64,000 bases of DNA from the NCBI GenBank assembly GCA_022340905.1, contig JAJDNB010000037.1:2150-66149 (forward strand), given 5' to 3'. The notes under the pieces are model-generated. The model was not told the origin of the DNA. It saw nothing but the letters and a program-made list of their open reading frames with translations, and made no database searches. Source of the stretch: Deltaproteobacteria bacterium. GTDB lineage: Bacteria; Desulfobacterota; Syntrophobacteria; BM002. Of this stretch, positions 57,363 through 64,000 are shown one piece after another. A program made the translations under genes and the position numbers. Within the stretch, counting starts at the first letter, position 1. Each line of letters begins with the position of its first letter.

Positions 57363-58244
57363 TCATTCGACATTCTGTAGCTGCTCTCGAAATCTCTCAA
57401 GCTCTGTTTTGATCTGGATCACTATTTGTCCAATCTCCACGTCGTTGGCCTTGGAACCAATAGTGTTAATCTCTCGGTGCATTTCCTGTAAGACAAACTC
57501 CAACTGGCGTCCGCGAGGCCCGCTAGCATCGAGTAAGTTCCCGAATTGCTGTAAATGGCTTTTGAAACGTATCAACTCTTCGGTGACATCACTCTTCTCC
57601 GCCAGAATGGCTACCTCTTGAGCCAAGCGGGACTCATCCAGTTCCCCTTGACCAAGGAGTTCCTCAATCCGCTTTTGTAAGCGCTCACGAATATCTAAAA
57701 CCACAAGAGGCGTTCGCCTTTCAATCTCACTGCCAAGGGTTTCCAGTTGATCCAGCCGTGCATTGAAATCTGCCTCGAGTGCCGAACCCTCTTCCCTCCT
57801 CATGTGGATACACTGTTCCACTCCCTGATCAAGAGCCGTCTCCATGACTTTCCATGCTTGTCCGCGACTTTCCTCATCCTCTTTGAAAACGAATATGTCC
57901 CGAAAGTGCAAAAGTGTATCCAAGCGCAGACCGGCCTCAATCCCTAGCTTATCTATTAGATCGAGGAGCAACCGTTTGTAGGTCTCAGCCAACTCCGTAT
58001 CAACCGTGAGATGCTGCACTTTATCCAAGGTCTCGTCGGCGACAACGTTTACTTCAATGCGTCCCCTAGAAAACTGACTGCTAAGCTTCCGCTTTATCTC
58101 TTCCTCGAAGTCTGTGTACCTGCGGGGCAACTTTATACGAATGTCGCAAAAACGGTGATTAAGGGTGCGTAATTCTACGGTAAACCGATAACCGTCAGCC
58201 ACGGCCTCCCCCCGTCCAAAGGCAGTCATACTATGCAGCACCAT
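57363..58244 (-). CDS. yicC: YicC/YloC family endoribonuclease
   Basis: SMTAFG, NHRF, RGRIE, QEMHREINTIGSK and REQLQNVE motifs. Confidence 0.95.
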   Translation of the reverse strand: MVLHSMTAFGRGEAVADGYRFTVELRTLNHRFCDIRIKLPRRYTDFEEEIKRKLSSQFSRGRIEVNVVADETLDKVQHLTVDTELAETYKRLLLDLIDKLGIEAGLRLDTLLHFRDIFVFKEDEESRGQAWKVMETALDQGVEQCIHMRREEGSALEADFNARLDQLETLGSEIERRTPLVVLDIRERLQKRIEELLGQGELDESRLAQEVAILAEKSDVTEELIRFKSHLQQFGNLLDASGPRGRQLEFVLQEMHREINTIGSKANDVEIGQIVIQIKTELERFREQLQNVE

Positions 58245-58281
58245 TCCACCTCTCTCCTGTCAGCGAAAGCTTGGCCTTGGG

Positions 58282-58368
58282 ACCACAAAGGGCACGAAGT
58301 TCACAAAGGGTTTTTGAAGTTACCTTACTATTTCACACTTTCTTTGTGTCCCTTGTGTTCTTTGTGGT
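58282..58368. repeat. Family A element, copy 11
   Basis: accacaaagggcacgaagttcacaaag ... ctttgtgtcccttgtgttctttgtggt. Confidence 0.9.
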
Positions 58369-58899
58369 TGACTCCCTTAAGCGCAGTTGGATGAGATACT
58401 TCTCCCTAATTGCCTTCAGCCACCCACGAACTTGCGGCTCAGCATAATCGGGATATGTCCAAGCCAGAGGCTGATAGTCTTTATCACGGTAAATCAAAGT
58501 CAAATCCGCATATATCCCTTTACCGAGGTAGATCCGATGGCCATAGTTCTTGCCGCTGGCAAGCACTAGCCGCTCGGCAACTAGATAGCCAGGATCAATA
58601 TTAACAAGACGATTTCCCTCTTCGGTCTGCTCATTTTCCAATGCATTGGTCTGAACCTTGATTGAGGCTAAGTCTTCTTGTGGGATCAGGCGGTTAAAGC
58701 TGGCGAAGCGGCGCAATAAGACCTTCCCCATCTCGGTACTGTAATAGTCGGTATAGTTGAATTGCAGTAGCGGACTAACGAAATCAAGTACACCATAATG
58801 AGCGGCGAGTTCGGACAATGTTCTGTTTATCCGTTCCACAAAAGAAGAAATAACGCTGACAAAAAGCTTTGCCGGTTTCGGCTCCTGTGGAATACTCAT
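58333..58899 (-). CDS. DUF4416 family protein
   Basis: TDYY..EMG, R.VNIDPGY, LAS.KN..HRIYL and WTYPDY motifs. Confidence 0.85.
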   Translation of the reverse strand: MSIPQEPKPAKLFVSVISSFVERINRTLSELAAHYGVLDFVSPLLQFNYTDYYSTEMGKVLLRRFASFNRLIPQEDLASIKVQTNALENEQTEEGNRLVNIDPGYLVAERLVLASGKNYGHRIYLGKGIYADLTLIYRDKDYQPLAWTYPDYAEPQVRGWLKAIREKYLIQLRLRESTTKNTRDTKKV

Positions 58900-58973
58900 A
58901 TGATCCCCAGGAGAATGAACTCACCTTTGGCCTCACATGTCGCCATTCCAGAATTCCTGCTTAGGCGAAAATC

Positions 58974-60293
58974 CTAAGTTCTACTAGAGACATCCAGCCG
59001 ACCAACGCAGGCATAGCGAAACCCAAGGGCACGCATTTTCTCTGGCTCGTAGATGTTTCTCAGATCGATTACTACCGGCTCTCTCAGGAGTTCGGCCATT
59101 CGCTCCCAGTTTAGATTGCGGAACTGATTCCATTCCGTGATAATTACCAACCCGTGAGCGCCTCGAGCGGCATCGTAGGCATCCTTGGCATAATACACCG
59201 ACCTAAATACCTTCCGGGCCTCCTTCATCCCTGCCGGATCATAGGCCCGAATCTTGGCTCCCCGTCTCTGCAAACCCCTTATAATCATTATAGATGGAGC
59301 ATCGCGCATGTCATCCGTATTAGGCTTAAAGGTAAGTCCAAGGATGGCAAGTACCTTTCCTTCTAAATTATCCAAGCTCTGGATAACCTTTTCTATCATC
59401 AGTTTACGCTGGCGCTTATTCACTCGGCTTACAGCCTTAACAATCTCAAAGCTGTATCCGTGATCCCGACTAATCTTTTCGATTGCCTTTATGTCTTTAG
59501 GAAAACAGGAACCACCAAAGCCGGGGCCGGGATGGAGAAATTTAGGCCCTATACGTCTATCTAAGCCCATTCCTTTTGCTACCTGGTGAACATCAGCGCC
59601 CACTCTTTCGCAGATATTGGCCATCTCATTGATAAACGAAACCTTAGTGGCTAGAAAGGCGTTTGATGCGTATTTAATCATTTCAGAGGTTTGAACGTCG
59701 GTAATGATAAATGGTGTTTCGATCAAATACAGTGGACTGTAAAGATCCTTTAAAATGGCGACAGCCTGGTCGCTCTTTGTTCCAATCACAACTCGATTGG
59801 GCCGCATAAAATCTTCTATGGCCGAACCTTCTCTAAGAAATTCGGGATTGGAAACTACATCAAAGGAAACATCTGACTTACGCTCTTCCTCTATGATTTG
59901 AGTAATTATTTGACTCGTGCCGACAGGTACAGTGCTCTTGGTAACAACCACCTTGTAGCCGTCCAGATTCTGGCCAATGGTCGCCGCCACTTCCCGTATG
60001 TACTTGAGATCGGCACTACCATCAGGAGCCGAGGGAGTGCCAACTGCAATGAAAACTACCAGTGCTTGTCGAATGGCAGCGCCGACTTCCGTGGTAAAGG
60101 TCAAACGACCCTCTTGAACATTCTTGAGAACGAGTTCCGTTAAGCCCGGCTCATAAAAGGGCACCTGCCCTTTTTTTAATAGCTCGATCCTACCTTCATC
60201 TTTGTCAACACAGGTAACGTTTACACCAAACTCCGCAAAACAGGCACCGGTGACCAGACCAACATATCCCACCCCGACCACGCATATATGCAT
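58974..60293 (-). CDS. ugd: UDP-glucose 6-dehydrogenase
   Basis: GVGYVG, KSTVPVG, NPEFLREG, GFGGSCFPKD and FKPNTDD motifs. Confidence 0.95.
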   Translation of the reverse strand: MHICVVGVGYVGLVTGACFAEFGVNVTCVDKDEGRIELLKKGQVPFYEPGLTELVLKNVQEGRLTFTTEVGAAIRQALVVFIAVGTPSAPDGSADLKYIREVAATIGQNLDGYKVVVTKSTVPVGTSQIITQIIEEERKSDVSFDVVSNPEFLREGSAIEDFMRPNRVVIGTKSDQAVAILKDLYSPLYLIETPFIITDVQTSEMIKYASNAFLATKVSFINEMANICERVGADVHQVAKGMGLDRRIGPKFLHPGPGFGGSCFPKDIKAIEKISRDHGYSFEIVKAVSRVNKRQRKLMIEKVIQSLDNLEGKVLAILGLTFKPNTDDMRDAPSIMIIRGLQRRGAKIRAYDPAGMKEARKVFRSVYYAKDAYDAARGAHGLVIITEWNQFRNLNWERMAELLREPVVIDLRNIYEPEKMRALGFRYACVGRLDVSSRT

Positions 60294-60305
60294 TGAAGTT
60301 ACTCC

Positions 60306-61313
60306 TTAGATCTGTAACAGCTTACTGCCAGCCAGAACCTCCTTTAGTTTAGCGGCAGGAACTATAGCCGTTCCTACTTCACCGACCACGATACCAGCAG
60401 CCAGGTTTGCTAGTTCGGCGGCCTGACCGGGCTTCAGACCGGCAGCCAGTGCTAAGGTGAAAGTCGCTATGACAGTGTCACCTGCGCCAGAGACATCGAA
60501 GACTTTTCTGGGCTCCGTGGGGATTTCAGTAATCCGCTCATTAGACTCAAACAGCGTCATACCCTTGTCGCCTTGAGTAATCAGCACCATTTCACAGCCG
60601 AGTTCGTTAAGCAAGAAAGTTCCGGCTTCTCTTAAACTCTGTCCATCATGAATCGAAATACCGGACATGAGCTGAGCTTCATTATGATTCGGGGTGATTG
60701 CGGTAACGTCTTTATATAAGTCCAAGTTCTTTACTTTTGGATCGACCAGCAGGATGGTCCCACTGTCGCGTGTCAGAGATCTGATGCCGTCCATTAGGTT
60801 TTGAGTAACCACACCTTTACCATAGTCGACAACCACAACTGCGTCGCTGTGGTCGAGATATTTTTTGAGGGTGGCGAGAATCTTCTCGATGCTGGCCTTA
60901 TTCACAGGCTCTCGCTTCTCTCGATCCACTCTCACGACTTGTTGACGGTGAGCAACCACGCGGGTTTTGATGGTGGTGGGTCGCCAATCCTCAATGACAA
61001 TGCCATCAGCGCCACTATTGAGCTGGCCCAACTTACTCACCACTTCTGCACCCATGGGATCATCTCCGATAATGCCAAAAAGGAAGGCTTGGCCGCCCAG
61101 GGCAATAATGTTGCTGACTACATTCCCGGCCCCACCTAACCTGCGATCATCTTTCTCCACTTCTACAATCGGAACTGGCGCCTCGGGTGAAATCCTCTCA
61201 ACCCGGCCCCAAAGGTATTCGTCCATAATCACGTCACCCACCACCAGCATCCGGCAGGAGGTGAATTTGTCTATTGCATCAAAGAGAAGTTTGGGATCGT
61301 AGGGGGCCGACAT
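60306..61313 (-). CDS. rfaE1: D-glycero-beta-D-manno-heptose-7-phosphate kinase (standalone PfkB domain)
   Basis: RISPEAPVP, GGAGNV, DYGKG, TPNHNE and DVSGAGDTV motifs. Confidence 0.94.
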   Translation of the reverse strand: MSAPYDPKLLFDAIDKFTSCRMLVVGDVIMDEYLWGRVERISPEAPVPIVEVEKDDRRLGGAGNVVSNIIALGGQAFLFGIIGDDPMGAEVVSKLGQLNSGADGIVIEDWRPTTIKTRVVAHRQQVVRVDREKREPVNKASIEKILATLKKYLDHSDAVVVVDYGKGVVTQNLMDGIRSLTRDSGTILLVDPKVKNLDLYKDVTAITPNHNEAQLMSGISIHDGQSLREAGTFLLNELGCEMVLITQGDKGMTLFESNERITEIPTEPRKVFDVSGAGDTVIATFTLALAAGLKPGQAAELANLAAGIVVGEVGTAIVPAAKLKEVLAGSKLLQI

Positions 61314-61441
61314 CTAGAGAATCTACCTCTCAACCTCTGGGGCTTGGAGTGAACTGCTCATGAATATAGCACAGCATTATGAGGAAGCCAGCACTTTTTT
61401 GCTCAGGCCGGCTCCAATACTCCACTCTGTCATGACTCCAC

Positions 61442-61468
61442 CAGCAATTCATGAAATATCCAGGCTAG
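61442..61468. mobile_element. Solitary end of the 186-bp MITE
   Basis: cagcaattcatgaaatatccaggctag matches one terminus; the element body is absent. Confidence 0.6.
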
Positions 61469-61515
61469 GGCTTGGTCATTTACAAACTAATTGGCTTCAA
61501 TTACACTCCGTCTTT

Positions 61516-62688
61516 ATGCGACGAACCTTGTTGAGATATTTGGTAGCTGAGGAGGCGGTTCCATTTTTTGTCAGCCTATTTGTCCTCACCCTCGTTTTAT
61601 TTCTGGGAAAGACCATTCGCTACACCAAGTTGCTTTTTATTACCGGGTCCGGCCTCGCTGACTTTGGTAGACTTCTGCTCTATCTAATTCCCTACTTGCT
61701 CGCCTTTACCATTCCCATGGCCACTCTTCTGGCCATTCTTCTCGCCTTCGCTAGATTGGCTAATGACAACGAACTTACCGCCATGAAGGGTGCTGGGATT
61801 AGCTTTTATCAAACAATTCCTCCAGTTGCTTTGCTGGCTGGGTTTGCTTGGTTGGGCACCCTCACTCTCTCCAATTTTGTTCTTCCCCATGCCAATAGAG
61901 CTTTCCAACGCACCCTTGTCGAGATGGCGAGATCTAGAGGCCAGCTAATTCTCAAAGAGAGGGTCTTTAATGATCAGTTTGCGGGCCTGGTTTTTTTCAT
62001 TAACAGCATCTCTCCAGACGGCAAACATCTGCGGAAGGTATTTGTTGCCGACAGCCGATCACCTGAGACCAATAGTTCAATTATTGCCGAGGAAGGTTTT
62101 GTGGTCCAATCACCTGACGGCAGTCGATTGACCCTGAGGCTCCTTCGGGGACGTATCTTTCGAGTGAATGCAGAGATGGAAAGTTTGCAAACCATTCGTT
62201 TCCAAAAGTATGACTTCAACCTTGATTTGAACTCTTTTGCCCTAGGTGACAAGGAATTTCGTAAGGCGGAACGGCATCTTAGCTTTACTGAATTACGGCA
62301 GGCACTGGCTGCAGCCAGTGTTGGATCAACGGAATACAACAGGCTTTCCTATGAATTTCATAGACGCTTATCCCTCCCCTTTGCCTGTATTGTTTTAGGA
62401 TTTCTCGCTGCGCCTTTGAGTGTTCAATCCCGAACCGGCTCACGACTCTCAGAAGTTGTTCTTGGTATTCTTCTGTTCTTGCTGTATTACGTTTTCGTCT
62501 CGGCCTCTAAGGCCCTGGGGGAAGGAGGATCTTTCTCACCTGCGGTCGGCCTATGGTTGCCAAATGTCATTTTTTCTGCACTTGCAATAGTTCTGTGGAT
62601 CAAAACCGCAAGGGAGTCTCCATTCAAACCAATTGTCCTGGCTCGAAGACTTTTGGGGGTACTTACTTCTCGAGTCAAATCCCATTGA
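61516..62688 (+). CDS. lptF: LPS export ABC transporter permease LptF
   Basis: L.RYL..E, TIPMA.L, RLANDNELTAMKGAGIS and EFHRRLSLPFAC motifs; start moved to ATG 61516. Confidence 0.9.
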   Translation: MRRTLLRYLVAEEAVPFFVSLFVLTLVLFLGKTIRYTKLLFITGSGLADFGRLLLYLIPYLLAFTIPMATLLAILLAFARLANDNELTAMKGAGISFYQTIPPVALLAGFAWLGTLTLSNFVLPHANRAFQRTLVEMARSRGQLILKERVFNDQFAGLVFFINSISPDGKHLRKVFVADSRSPETNSSIIAEEGFVVQSPDGSRLTLRLLRGRIFRVNAEMESLQTIRFQKYDFNLDLNSFALGDKEFRKAERHLSFTELRQALAAASVGSTEYNRLSYEFHRRLSLPFACIVLGFLAAPLSVQSRTGSRLSEVVLGILLFLLYYVFVSASKALGEGGSFSPAVGLWLPNVIFSALAIVLWIKTARESPFKPIVLARRLLGVLTSRVKSH

Positions 62689-62706
62689 AGATTTAACCGA
62701 CCATTC

Positions 62707-62793
62707 ACCACAAAGAACACAAAGGCCACAAAGGAAGGATGAAATACAGACCAAACTAAGTAAACCCTTTGTGAACTTTGTGCCCTTTGTGGT
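62707..62793. repeat. Family A element, copy 12 (between convergent genes)
   Basis: accacaaagaacacaaaggccacaaag ... ctttgtgaactttgtgccctttgtggt. Confidence 0.9.
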
Positions 62794-62823
62794 TCCCACT
62801 CCACCACGGTCTTGGCAATAGGC

Positions 62824-63777
62824 CTATCGAAATCCTCCCTTACGATATAATCTCCATGAAAGGATGCATACTGCCAACAGTGGATGGCGTTTTAGCCGAG
62901 GAGTCCATTCAACCGTGACCCCGGAGTGCCGCTCTATTTTCCACTGGATGTAATCCACGCCCCCCTCAAAAGTAAAAACCGCCTTGAGAAGACGCAAGAC
63001 TGAAAGTACTTTTCCCTGGAATCTCCTTAAAATCCAAGCCCACTGGCTGCGGTATCGCACCGAGTTCGGAATGTGTGCATGATAGAAGAATTCATCGGCA
63101 TCAGCAAGAACCTCCACCTCAAAGGGGACTGAACCTATCGCAACGCGGGTGACCTGTTCATAATATTCCGGAGCAGCGTCAACCAGATGGATGAGTTTTT
63201 CAGGTTTTTCTGACCTGAGTTCGGCCCTATAGCTGAGCAAAAGTCCATCCCTCCACAAATCTCGAGCTGTAAACCTCTCCTCTGCAGCTGGCATTACTCG
63301 GGTGATAAAAGTAGTAACAGCTTGCGCCAACGCCACTCTCACCTGTTTTTCCGCCTGGTTGTTGCGAGCGTACACCAGCCCGACGGGTTGGGCGAATCTC
63401 CCCCACAGGTAGGAGTGGAACCACTGCTTCGACGTACCCCTCTGAAAGTCTCTGAGAGATAACACAGCGTACTTTGTGCGCACCACTCGATCTTGGACGG
63501 GCAACTCCAGATAGAACACATTGGGTGGCAGTAGTTTGTTCGCAATAGCCTGCAAACGTTTGGAGAAAACGGCGCGGTAGCTATCCACTATGACGTACAG
63601 ATCAACCAGCCCATCGGTATCGTCACCCGTACGAAAACAGGAACCATAGAAAAGTATTGCTTGGGTACCTTCTCCATACCGGTTCAGCAACACCTCAGAC
63701 AAGGCGCTTACACCGGCCGGAGGTTCCCGAGATGACTCTTTTCGAATCAAGTTGAGTAGGTTCGATGGCACTGACAC
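62824..63777 (-). CDS. Nucleotidyltransferase-fold protein, Tam41-like (putative lipid cytidylyltransferase)
   Basis: FYGS...DGLVDLYVIV and KYAVLS...W...YLWGRFAQPV motifs. Confidence 0.6.
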   Translation of the reverse strand: MSVPSNLLNLIRKESSREPPAGVSALSEVLLNRYGEGTQAILFYGSCFRTGDDTDGLVDLYVIVDSYRAVFSKRLQAIANKLLPPNVFYLELPVQDRVVRTKYAVLSLRDFQRGTSKQWFHSYLWGRFAQPVGLVYARNNQAEKQVRVALAQAVTTFITRVMPAAEERFTARDLWRDGLLLSYRAELRSEKPEKLIHLVDAAPEYYEQVTRVAIGSVPFEVEVLADADEFFYHAHIPNSVRYRSQWAWILRRFQGKVLSVLRLLKAVFTFEGGVDYIQWKIERHSGVTVEWTPRLKRHPLLAVCILSWRLYRKGGFR

Positions 63778-63779
63778 GG

Positions 63780-64000
63780 TTACAACCGTACAAATGAAGC
63801 CACACCGCCATTTTGGATAACAATCGGTCCACGGTGTGCTTCCGCCTCAAAAAGCTCACCGTCAAGGGTGAATCCACTGTTTAGGTTCAGCCGGACTCGC
63901 TCTACATTATGGCTAACGTAGCCGTTTTTTGCGGTCCCGTAACGGTTCGTCCTCCCGCGTATGAGAGCCGGGAGCGCCCGCAACAGGTATTGAGGATTCG
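63780..64000 (-). CDS. Diacylglycerol/sphingosine kinase family protein, C-terminal part (truncated by the window)
   Basis: C-terminal FTLDGE motif; the frame stays open to the window edge. Confidence 0.6.
   Translation of the reverse strand, partial: NPQYLLRALPALIRGRTNRYGTAKNGYVSHNVERVRLNLNSGFTLDGELFEAEAHRGPIVIQNGGVASFVRL

Noticed and set aside
61360..61515. N-terminal extension of LptF
   Set aside because: It reads through a MITE end and repeat remnants; the LptF-like sequence begins at ATG 61516.
299..62793. CRISPR interpretation of the repeat-spacer-repeat elements
   Set aside because: Arms are inverted and dispersed singly, there is no array of direct repeats, and no cas genes are present.

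Overview
A 64-kb core-genome segment of a bacterium that is probably Desulfobacterota/deltaproteobacterial (inferred from gene content); most genes are on the minus strand. It holds a paaK-ACT-ABC substrate-binding cluster, a chorismate/Tyr operon that starts with the archaeal-type aroA'/aroB' enzymes, a complete trpEGDCFBA operon, and housekeeping genes (thyA-like, acpP, purC, pycB/oadA-like, nfeD/SPFH, udg, coaBC, tatD-maf-yggS, rlmB-gmk-remA-yicC, ugd, rfaE1, lptF). I saw no rRNA, tRNA, CRISPR array or transposase. The main signals lie outside the ORF track. (1) Three unannotated leader-peptide attenuators: Phe-rich before the TPR-paaK cluster, Tyr/Phe-rich before the aro operon, and Trp-rich before trpE. 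The Phe and Trp leaders each carry tandem terminators that could be disabled in a relay by one ribosome stall. (2) Many intergenic spacers hold inverted arms of 7-, 8- or 9-bp tandem units; one family has 12 copies, and several elements are nested or composite. (3) A 186-bp MITE with YTAR ends occurs four times. (4) There are hidden small ORFs, including a bS21-like protein. (5) A Tam41-like nucleotidyltransferase lies next to a lipid-kinase-like gene at the right edge. All family assignments are by eye; no searches or folding calculations were run.
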